Shown here piece by piece: positions 46,118 through 53,470 of a stretch of DNA of 64,000 nt; position 1 is the stretch's first letter, and every line of letters starts with the position of its first letter. The DNA is from an uncultured Thermodesulfobacteriota bacterium (lineage in GTDB: Bacteria > Desulfobacterota > GWC2-55-46 > JADFVP01). The translations under genes and the position numbers were made by a program. Where the stretch lies: positions 32,074 through 96,073 of the forward strand of contig CAYYJQ010000002.1 of assembly GCA_964472295.1 (NCBI GenBank), read 5' to 3'. Below the pieces are notes generated by a model. The model made no database searches. It was not told where the DNA came from and worked only from the letters and a program-made list of their open reading frames with translations.

Positions 46118-47214
46118 CCAGGACCCCCCCACTCGTTAGCATCATTATCATACACTATGGAGACGCGGGCGTGCTCGGCGAGTGCCTCGCCTCGCTAAGG
46201 TCCATAAAATACCCTGATGTAGAGTTCATCGTCCTCTCCAACTCCCCGCGAGACAGCCTCCTTGATGCCATAATCTCCGCTCACCCAGACAAAAAATTCA
46301 TCTTTACAGAGACCAACCTCGGTTATGCGGGAGGTTGCAACAGGGCCGTGGAGGCGGCCCGTGGAAAGTACGTCTTCATACTCAATAACGACGTAACCCT
46401 TGACTCCGACGCTGTTTCGCCCCTTCTGAAGGTATTGGAGGCAGACGGCAACATAGCCCTTGCCCAGCCAAAGATACTCTCCATGAGTGAGCCGGAGCGC
46501 TTTGAGTACTCCGGGGCCGCTGGAGGGCTCATGGACAGATACGGCTATCCCTTTGCCGCGGGAAGGATTTTCAATGATATAGAGCGTGACACCGGCCAGT
46601 ACGAAGAACCAAGAGAGATATTCTGGGCCTCAGGGGCCGCCCTCTTCGCAAGAAGAGACGTTATAACCAGGGCCGGCCTAATGGACGAGAGTTTCTTTGC
46701 CTACATGGAAGAAATCGACCTTGCCTGGCGCGTCCACCTAATGGGATACAAGGTCGTATACGTGCCAGGGGCGCGAATCTTTCACCTCGGGAGCCCCAAC
46801 CTGGACAGAAAAAGCGCCCGGCACCTCTACCTTAACCACAGGAACAACCTCGTCATGGTCCTCAAAAACTACTCACTTGCCTCGCTCCTTCGTACCCTCC
46901 CCCCAAGACTCGCACTCGAAGGCGCCACCATGCTATATGGCCTTGTACGCGAAAACCCCCTCAGGGCAAAGGCCATCATAAGGGCCATGCTGAACGTAAC
47001 TGGAAACATCCTAAGCATATTAAAGGAGAGAAAAAAGGCGCAGGCCATGAGGAAAGTCGGAGACGACGTAATACTCAAGAGGATGTATCACGGCTCCATA
47101 GCGGTCGAGTATTTCTTGAGAAAAAAAAGGACCATAAAAGAAATACCCGGTGCCGCGCCGCGGCCTTATGTGGATAGAAAAAACAAGAGAGGGAAAATAA
47201 AAGACAAAAGATAA
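46114..47214 (+). CDS. GT2-family glycosyltransferase (Glyco_tranf_2_3-like)
   Basis: VSIIIIHYGDAGVLGECLASL...NLGYAGGCNRA...ILNNDVTLD. The last 20 codons are Lys-rich and are encoded by a purine-rich stretch that merges into repeat element A, so the true stop may be uncertain. Confidence 0.75.
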   Translation: MTRTPPLVSIIIIHYGDAGVLGECLASLRSIKYPDVEFIVLSNSPRDSLLDAIISAHPDKKFIFTETNLGYAGGCNRAVEAARGKYVFILNNDVTLDSDAVSPLLKVLEADGNIALAQPKILSMSEPERFEYSGAAGGLMDRYGYPFAAGRIFNDIERDTGQYEEPREIFWASGAALFARRDVITRAGLMDESFFAYMEEIDLAWRVHLMGYKVVYVPGARIFHLGSPNLDRKSARHLYLNHRNNLVMVLKNYSLASLLRTLPPRLALEGATMLYGLVRENPLRAKAIIRAMLNVTGNILSILKERKKAQAMRKVGDDVILKRMYHGSIAVEYFLRKKRTIKEIPGAAPRPYVDRKNKRGKIKDKR

Positions 47215-47221
47215 AAAAACC

Positions 47222-47380
47222 TCCCAATTTCTTTTAGAAAAAAGAAAGTCTTTTGATTGGGCGGCGAAGCCCATCTCAATTATTTGGTCAATACGCATGA
47301 CAGGCAAATTTTGCCAGAAAGAAAGCGCGTCAAAGAAAACCAATAGTGGAGTGGGCACTGCCCACCAAAAAAAAGAAGAA
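47222..47380. repeat. intergenic repeat element, copy A (truncated; ncRNA / MITE-like candidate)
   Basis: T-tract/A-tract palindrome TTTCTTTTAGAAAAAAGAAAG (47227..47250). Core GTCAAAGAAAACCA (47329..47342). Hairpin GTGGGCACTGCCCAC, then an A-rich tail. Confidence 0.7.
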
Positions 47381-47419
47381 AAAAAGGAGAGGCCCGCGCC
47401 CCCAAAGGGGACGCGGGCC
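47366..47419 (-). terminator. rho-independent terminator after the DUF2249-hemerythrin gene, embedded in repeat element A
   Basis: Stem GGCCCGCG/CGCGGGCC enclosing CCCC-AAA-GGGG, followed on the minus strand by CTCTCCTTTTTTTCTTCTTTTTTTT. Confidence 0.6.
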
Positions 47420-47446
47420 GGGGTGTACAACACAAAACAAAGGCCT

Positions 47447-48124
47447 CTAAAGGGTCTGGGCCTTCCTGATAAAGTCCTTGCGCTCGCCGGGAGAGAGAAA
47501 CGAGTCAGACTCGGGGTAGAGTATCTGCTCTTCCTTCATGTTGTGGTCCGCAAGGGTATTGACCAGCATGTCCGTGCCCCTTGCCGTCTCCTCGCGGTCC
47601 CTGGCCTCTGTGGCGTTCATAATCTTCTCAAGAAAATCCCTTATATCCGTGTGCTCCATGCGCATCACAAATGTGGGACCTGCGTCATGCATGCCTGTCT
47701 TTTCCTCGAAGAGGGGAAATAGCACATCTTCCTCGCCCTGTATGTGCCTCCTGAGGCCAAGGTCAAACTCCCTGAAATAGGCTTTGGCCTCGTCCCATCT
47801 CTCTTCCTTGAAGGCCTCCTGAAAACTGTTGAATATGTGATCAAGCCTCCTGTGGTCCTCCTGAAGATAATCCGTCACATCCCGCTCCACGGCCTTTGTG
47901 CGCCTCTTCACAATGCGGACACGCCAGGCCTCGGGACCGCGCTCAAGGGGCCACCACTCGAACTCGCCGTCATGCTCGTTCTGAAACTGATAAAGGAGCG
48001 GCTTTGGGTCGTGGTCATTAACGAGAACAAAACTATCCCCTGGCTCAAGAGATTTAAAGGTGTTGAATATGCCGGGGTGCCTCTCCGGCGGGCTGAGCGG
48101 CCTTACGTCAAGTACGGTCTCCAT
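47447..48124 (-). CDS. DUF2249 + hemerythrin-like (HHE cation-binding) two-domain protein
   Basis: The likely start is the ATG at 48124 (METVLDVRPL...), preceded by CAGGAGG. DUF2249-like VLDVRPLSPPERHPGIFNTFKSLEPGDSFVLVNDHDPKPLLYQFQ. A hemerythrin-like helical domain carries H/E/D ligands (HIFNSF, EEDVLFPLFE, MRMEHTDI). The ORF track extends it to 48196. Confidence 0.6.
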   Translation of the reverse strand: METVLDVRPLSPPERHPGIFNTFKSLEPGDSFVLVNDHDPKPLLYQFQNEHDGEFEWWPLERGPEAWRVRIVKRRTKAVERDVTDYLQEDHRRLDHIFNSFQEAFKEERWDEAKAYFREFDLGLRRHIQGEEDVLFPLFEEKTGMHDAGPTFVMRMEHTDIRDFLEKIMNATEARDREETARGTDMLVNTLADHNMKEEQILYPESDSFLSPGERKDFIRKAQTL

Positions 48125-48526
48125 ATGTATATCTGCCTCCTGTTTATAATTATTATAGACGCATTTTAACAAGAAGGGAAAGATTGTAAATGACAAAAGT
48201 CAGTTATGCGGGGAAGGCTACACGTAAAAAAAATATCATAATCACCCCCATGTCAAAAAAATGAATATCCCCCTTCCGTGGGGTTGTTTTTCTGACATGC
48301 CTGTGCTATTATTACACAAACTTCAGTCCTGACGACGGGGCGGATGATGGCAGAGTGGCCACTGGGCAGGGATGGGGCTTAGTTAAAGTCCCCACCTGCG
48401 AGCACATGGCCTTACTCAAGGCCTGGCCCCTGGTTTGTACGTCCATAAAAGAGGAAGGTCTCTATTCTCCTCCTTATTGCGTAATCTTTTACCGCCCCGA
48501 GTATATTCTCATCCCGGAGACTCAGC

Positions 48527-49597
48527 ATGGCGCGCGTAAGCGTTCTTATCGTTACATACAATTCCAAAGATACCATAGGCACTGTTCTTGAATCACTCAA
48601 CAGGCAGACCCACAAAGACTTCGAGGTAATACTTGTTGATAACGCCTCAACGGACTCTACCCGCGCCGTTGTGCGGGGGTTTGCCCCACGGGCCTCCTAT
48701 ACGCTCAAGACCCTTTTCCTTGACAAAAACAGGGGCTTTGCAGGGGGTAACAATGAGGCCTACTCCCTTGCAACAGGCGAGTTCATAGCCCTTCTTAACC
48801 CCGATGCCAGGGCCTCCGAGACCTGGCTCGATGAACTCCTCTCAGGCCTCGAAAGAGACCGTTCCGCCGGCATCTGCACTTCCCGCGTCCTTACCTGGGA
48901 CGGCTCTGCCGTTGATAGCGCGGGCGACGTCCTTCTATCCACCCTCAGGTGCTTCAAACGCGAGGCTACGGAGAACGAGAGATACAAAAAACGCGAGTAC
49001 GTCTTCAGCGCCTGCGCCGCGGCGGCCATGTACAGAAGAGAGATGCTCGACAAAATAGGTTTTTTTGACGAAGACTTCTTCATACAGTGTGAGGACACTG
49101 ACCTCAGCATGAGGGCACAGGTCGCGGGGTGGAAGGTCCTCTACCTCCCTCGGGCCGTGGTATACCACAAGGTGGGCCACTCCATTGGAAAGGCCAGCGC
49201 CACAGGCGTGTACTACAGCCAGCGCAACATGGAGTTCCTGCGAATAAAATACCTGCCTCTCTCGCTACTCGTAAAGAGCCTGCCGCAGATGCTCTTTGGT
49301 TTCACGGCAGACATGCTCTACTTCGCCATACGCCAGAGAAAGGCAGGCCCCTTCTTCCGGGCAAAGCTCGACGCCTTGAAGATGACAGGGGGTATGCTGA
49401 AAAAGAGAAAATACATCAGAAAAGAACTTAAAAAGGTGGATAACGCCTACCTTGCCTCTCTTGTCACACCAGTATTCCTGAATAAAGAACTCATAAAAAT
49501 GAAACTCGCCAAACTCATGCCAGCGCCTGCCGCGAAAGACACTACCCCAGCAACAAACCCCGGCTTTCTGAGACGACTCCTCTCCATCTACAGATAA
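48527..49597 (+). CDS. GT2-family glycosyltransferase (paralog of 46114..47214)
   Basis: VSVLIVTYNSKDTIGTVLESL...NRGFAGGNNEA...LLNPDARAS. Confidence 0.75.
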   Translation: MARVSVLIVTYNSKDTIGTVLESLNRQTHKDFEVILVDNASTDSTRAVVRGFAPRASYTLKTLFLDKNRGFAGGNNEAYSLATGEFIALLNPDARASETWLDELLSGLERDRSAGICTSRVLTWDGSAVDSAGDVLLSTLRCFKREATENERYKKREYVFSACAAAAMYRREMLDKIGFFDEDFFIQCEDTDLSMRAQVAGWKVLYLPRAVVYHKVGHSIGKASATGVYYSQRNMEFLRIKYLPLSLLVKSLPQMLFGFTADMLYFAIRQRKAGPFFRAKLDALKMTGGMLKKRKYIRKELKKVDNAYLASLVTPVFLNKELIKMKLAKLMPAPAAKDTTPATNPGFLRRLLSIYR

Positions 49598-49659
49598 AAA
49601 CTAAAAAAGGAAAGAGAGAAGGTCAAGGATGGACTGCGTCCACCAGAAGAGATGAAATG

Positions 49660-49885
49660 ATATTTCCCCTTTCTTTTTGGAAAAAGAAAGTTTTTTATTC
49701 AGGCGGCCATCTCCCTCAGGATTTCTTGGACACACCGTATGATATGCACGCTTTATCAGGAAGAAACCGCGTCAAAGAAAACCAAAAAATTTGTAGTAGT
49801 GGGGTGTGCCCCCAAAAGAAAAAAGTTCTCGTAGGATGGGTGGAGCGTGTGCGAAACCCAACAACTCAAAAGATAAAAAGACAGT
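49660..49885. repeat. intergenic repeat element, copy B (full length)
   Basis: Palindrome CTTTCTTTTTGGAAAAAGAAAG (49668..49692). Core GTCAAAGAAAACCA (49771..49784). Hairpin GGGGTGTGCCCC. Second core AGGATGGG...GCGAAACCCAACAA (49831..49865). Confidence 0.7.
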
Positions 49886-49906
49886 AGTCCCATGGCCCAA
49901 GGCCAT
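49860..49906 (-). terminator. candidate terminator after thiE, embedded in repeat element B
   Basis: Stem ATGGCC-CAA-GGCCAT, followed on the minus strand by GGGACTACTGTCTTTTTATCTTTT. Confidence 0.4.
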
Positions 49907-49932
49907 TTGACGTGCCCGGCAGACTTCTACCC

Positions 49933-50577
49933 CTACTCCATCATACCCATAATCCGCCGCGCCTTCTTGGCGGGGTCCCGGTCCAGCAGTACGTCCGAGA
50001 TCAAGGCAACGGCGTCAACACCAGTTGCAAGCACCTCTGGCAGTCTGTCTTCCGTTATGCCGCCTATGGCAACGAGTTTTTTTGTGACAATACTCCTGGC
50101 CTCGCCAAGAAGACCAATCCCCTGGGCCGGGTCCGCGTTCTTCTTGGTGCTCGTCGCGAAGACAGGACCAAAAGATATATAATCAGCGCTTGAATCGCCG
50201 GCCCTCCGGGCCTGCCCGAGGTCGTGCGTCGAAAAGCCTATAACAGCCCCCTCTCCAAGGAGCCTTCGCGCCTCATCCACAGGTATATCGTCCTGCCCGA
50301 GGTGCACGCCCCCGGCCCCCGAGAGTAGCGCTATATCCACCCTGTCGTTCACAATAAAGAGCGCGCCCCTTGAAGAGGCCATGGAAGAAAGCCGCCTCGA
50401 AAGAACGAGAAACTCACTGGACCCGAGGCCCTTTGCCCGTAACTGCAGAACCCCTGCCCCGGCGCCAAGGAGCTTTTCCGCCAGCGCCGCCGTCTCCTTA
50501 ACGGGCACGAGTGACGTATCCACAATGGCGTAAAACCCCTTTATCCCCGCCGCCTTATCCATCCCCGGAGAGATCAC
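49933..50577 (-). CDS. thiE: thiamine-phosphate synthase
   Basis: FYAIVDTSL...LQLRAKGL...GVHLGQDDIP...LVAIGGITEDRL, the ThiE TIM-barrel signature. Confidence 0.75.
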   Translation of the reverse strand: MISPGMDKAAGIKGFYAIVDTSLVPVKETAALAEKLLGAGAGVLQLRAKGLGSSEFLVLSRRLSSMASSRGALFIVNDRVDIALLSGAGGVHLGQDDIPVDEARRLLGEGAVIGFSTHDLGQARRAGDSSADYISFGPVFATSTKKNADPAQGIGLLGEARSIVTKKLVAIGGITEDRLPEVLATGVDAVALISDVLLDRDPAKKARRIMGMME

Positions 50578-52016
50578 GGCCTGCCCCGTCCCCCGGCGCC
50601 GGCCTTCTTCTCTATGCCAAGGAGTTTTATCTTCTTCCTGAGGGTGTTCCTGTTTATGCCAAGAACCTCGGCGGCGCGAAGCTGATTCCCCCCTGTCTTC
50701 TCAAGGACAAGACGGAGCAGGGGCCTCTCCATGAAGGGCATGATAAGGGCGTATATGTCCTGCCTGCCCCTCGACTCCATTCTCTCGAAAAAGGGCTTCA
50801 GCCTCGCGGCAATGACATTCTCAAGGGAATCTCCCCTGCGCTCTCCCGGTGTTATGTTAAGGTCGCAGGGAAGTATCTCCATGGTGGAAGAAAGGAGCAC
50901 GGCCCTCCTTATTACGTTCTCCAGTTCGCGCACGTTACCGGGCCAGCGGTAATGCTTGAGGGCCTCAACGGCCGCCGGAGAAAGAGTCCTCGCCCCTGTG
51001 CCGAACTCACTGGAAAACCTCGCGAGAAAGTACCCGGCAAGGAGCGGAATGTCAGAGCGGCGTTTTCTGAGAGGAGGCATGGTAATCGTGACCCCGCCGA
51101 GACGGAACCAGAGGTCTTCCCTGAAACTCCCGTCTCTAACCATGGCCGGTATGTCGTGATTCGTGGCCGCTATGATGCGCACATCTACCTTTATGGGCGC
51201 CTTTCCCCCCACCCTGTAGAACTCGCGTTCCTGCACCACGCGAAGGAGCCTGGCCTGAAGGTCCGGGCTCATGTCCCCTATCTCGTCAAGGAAGATGGCC
51301 CCGGTATCGGCAAGCTCAAACTTTCCGGGCCTCGCCTCCACCGCGCCTGTAAAGGCGCCCTTCTCGTGCCCGAAGAGTTCGCTCTCCATGAGCCCCGCAG
51401 GAACAGCGGCGGCATTGAAGGCCACAAAGGGGCCGTCCTTCCGGGGGCTCGAGGCGTGGAGGATGCGCGCCATGAGTTCCTTTCCCGTGCCGCTCTCGCC
51501 AAGGACCATTACGTCCACATCCGAGGCGGCAAGCCTTCCCACGGTCTTGAAGACCTCCTGCACGGCCCGGGACTTTCCCACAAAGACGGTGCTCTCGGCA
51601 AGGCCTTCGTCCAGCCTTGTCGAGAGCCTTCGGAGTTTTTTACGCATGGCCCGGTCTTTGAGGGCACGCTCCACGATTATCTCAAGTTCATCAAGGTCAA
51701 AGGGCTTACCTATATAATCAAAGGCCCCGAGCTTCATGGCCTCAACCGTGTTATCCATGGTGGCCTCGGCGGTCATTATGATGAAAGAGGTCTCTCCCGC
51801 GAGGTCTCCTGCGTCCTTTAATATGGCGAGGCCGTCCTTTCCCGGCATGTTTATATCCAGAAGGGCCATGTCCGGCGACTTCTCACGCAGGAGGGCCTCG
51901 GCCCCATTGCCGTCAGAGGCACGTAGAGTCTCAAGACCCTTGTCCGAGAAAAAACTCTCAAGGAGCCAGAGCATGCTCTCGTCATCATCTGCTATAAGAA
52001 CAACCTGTTTCTTCAT
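50574..52016 (-). CDS. sigma-54-dependent response regulator (NtrC family: REC + AAA+ sigma-54 activator + Fis-type HTH)
   Basis: REC domain LIADDDESM...DINMPGKDG. AAA+ domain with GESGTGKELMARILH and ESELFGHEKGAFTGA (GAFTGA). C-terminal HTH. Confidence 0.85.
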   Translation of the reverse strand: MKKQVVLIADDDESMLWLLESFFSDKGLETLRASDGNGAEALLREKSPDMALLDINMPGKDGLAILKDAGDLAGETSFIIMTAEATMDNTVEAMKLGAFDYIGKPFDLDELEIIVERALKDRAMRKKLRRLSTRLDEGLAESTVFVGKSRAVQEVFKTVGRLAASDVDVMVLGESGTGKELMARILHASSPRKDGPFVAFNAAAVPAGLMESELFGHEKGAFTGAVEARPGKFELADTGAIFLDEIGDMSPDLQARLLRVVQEREFYRVGGKAPIKVDVRIIAATNHDIPAMVRDGSFREDLWFRLGGVTITMPPLRKRRSDIPLLAGYFLARFSSEFGTGARTLSPAAVEALKHYRWPGNVRELENVIRRAVLLSSTMEILPCDLNITPGERRGDSLENVIAARLKPFFERMESRGRQDIYALIMPFMERPLLRLVLEKTGGNQLRAAEVLGINRNTLRKKIKLLGIEKKAGAGGRGRP

Positions 52017-52038
52017 TTTCCTGATTCTATTTCTTGAC

Positions 52039-53205
52039 TTATCCGGCCCGCGCCGCCCCTCTCCGGTCCGTCACTGCGCGCGCTATGGGTAGATAAACCC
52101 TCACCCTTGTGCCCTCACCGGGCGTGGACTCTATATTCAAGTACCCGCCCTGCTCCCGCACTATCTTGAGCGATACGGGCATTCCAAGTCCGCTCCCGCC
52201 CTTCTTGGTGGTGAAAAATGGGGTGAAAATCCTCTCAAGGTCCTCTGCCTCAATGCCGCACCCCTTATCACGTACCTCCACCACGGCCATCCTTGCTCCC
52301 CCGGGCCCCCTTGCCGCCGTTTCTCCCACGGCACGACCCGTCCCGCCGCGCCCTGTGCCTGAGATATGAAAATCCGTTATAATCCTTGTCCCAACAGAGA
52401 TGACCCCCGCGCCCGAGAGGGCCTCCCTCGCGTTCTTGAGGAGGTTCAGGAATACCTGCACCAGGGCCCCTTCATCTCCCGCCACAGGCGGAAGGGAGGG
52501 GTCGTACTCCCGTCTTATCACGAGGTCCGGGCACTCTCCAGAGACGAGGAATATTACTGAATCAAGGAGTTTGTGTATGTTTATCTCCTTCTTTACATCT
52601 CTTCGAGGGGCCGTGAGCGCCGCCACCTCCATAAGCATGGCGTCGAGGCGGTCAGTCTCTCTTATGATAATATCCGTATAATTGGAGAGTCCGCCATCTG
52701 TAGTCTTCCTTGAGAGGAGCTGGGCCGCGGCCCTGATGCCGCCAAGCGGGTTTCTTATCTCATGCACGAGTTTTGCCGCGAAAAAACCAATGCCAGAAAG
52801 ATCCCCGTCCTGCGGCGACTGGCCCGCAAGGGATTTTCCTCCTGAGCCAAGGTCCCTTATAAAGGCAATGGCCCCTTTAAGGACTCCTTCGGCATCGTGG
52901 ACCAGCCCTGTTGTCACGCTCACCGAGAGAGGCCCGCCAAAGGCACGGTGAAGACGCCCGGCGCGGTCGATAAAGACCTTGCCATCCCTGATGGTCTCCT
53001 CCATCAGCTCAAAGAACCAGGGGTCGCGGGGAAAGACCTCGTCAAGGGACCGATTGAGGGCCTTTTTCCTTGACCTTCCCGAGAGGCGCTCGGCCATCTG
53101 GTTGAAGACCTGTATCCTCATGGAGAGATCCACATAGACAAGCCCCCCCAGGAAGCTGTCCATGATCTCCTCGTAGATCTTCTCCTGCTCTCCTCTCATG
53201 GCCAT
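52039..53205 (-). CDS. cytoplasmic PAS sensor histidine kinase (NtrB-like)
   Basis: The likely start is the ATG at 53205 (MAMRGEQ...), preceded by AGGTG. PAS domain, H-box HEIRNPLGGIRAAAQLL, and HATPase_c with G-boxes. No TM segment. Confidence 0.75.
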   Translation of the reverse strand: MAMRGEQEKIYEEIMDSFLGGLVYVDLSMRIQVFNQMAERLSGRSRKKALNRSLDEVFPRDPWFFELMEETIRDGKVFIDRAGRLHRAFGGPLSVSVTTGLVHDAEGVLKGAIAFIRDLGSGGKSLAGQSPQDGDLSGIGFFAAKLVHEIRNPLGGIRAAAQLLSRKTTDGGLSNYTDIIIRETDRLDAMLMEVAALTAPRRDVKKEINIHKLLDSVIFLVSGECPDLVIRREYDPSLPPVAGDEGALVQVFLNLLKNAREALSGAGVISVGTRIITDFHISGTGRGGTGRAVGETAARGPGGARMAVVEVRDKGCGIEAEDLERIFTPFFTTKKGGSGLGMPVSLKIVREQGGYLNIESTPGEGTRVRVYLPIARAVTDRRGAARAG

Positions 53206-53235
53206 CACACACCTATATTTGCCTAAATAATAGGC

Positions 53236-53264
53236 ATTATAACACGGTATTTTCCAGAAGACAA
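53236..53264 (-). promoter_or_regulatory. sigma-70-like promoter for the NtrB-like kinase / NtrC-like regulator operon
   Basis: The minus strand reads TTGTCT-17 nt-TATAAT, about 30 nt 5' of the AGGTG/ATG at 53205. Confidence 0.45.
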
Positions 53265-53387
53265 GGTAATGAAAAGTGAAACGCCTACAGCCGGACCTGC
53301 GCGGCCACGGCACCCGGCGCGGCAAAAGGGGAGTGAAAGTCCCTGGTCCTCGGCATAAAGGGAGCGCCCAATACCGGTTTTCTTTGT

Positions 53388-53417
53388 CTTACTTTCTTTT
53401 TTCAAAAAGAAAGTAAG
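53388..53417. repeat. 30-bp perfect palindrome CTTACTTTCTTTTT-TC-AAAAAGAAAGTAAG (partial relative of elements A-C)
   Basis: Same arm sequence (CTTTCTTTT / AAAAGAAAG) as the palindromes opening elements A, B and C. It is followed by GGAAAACCAAGG and the nirB terminator hairpin. Confidence 0.6.
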
Positions 53418-53459
53418 GAAAACCAAGGGGGGCGAGGGGGCTCAAGGCCCCTCGCCCCC
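53395..53459 (-). terminator. rho-independent terminator after nirB
   Basis: 12-bp GC stem GGGGGCGAGGGG/CCCCTCGCCCCC with an 8-nt loop, followed on the minus strand by CTTGGTTTTCCTTACTTTCTTTTT. Confidence 0.6.
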
Positions 53460-53470
53460 ACTTCCCCCCC

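Noticed and set aside
50511-51821. 436-aa plus-strand ORF across the NtrC-like regulator gene, and similar ORFs at 54938..55699 and 55938..57038
   Set aside because: They are antisense to genes with unmistakable motifs: GAFTGA AAA+, NirB Fe-S and Amt. The products are Arg/Pro/Gly-rich, typical of GC-rich antisense frames.
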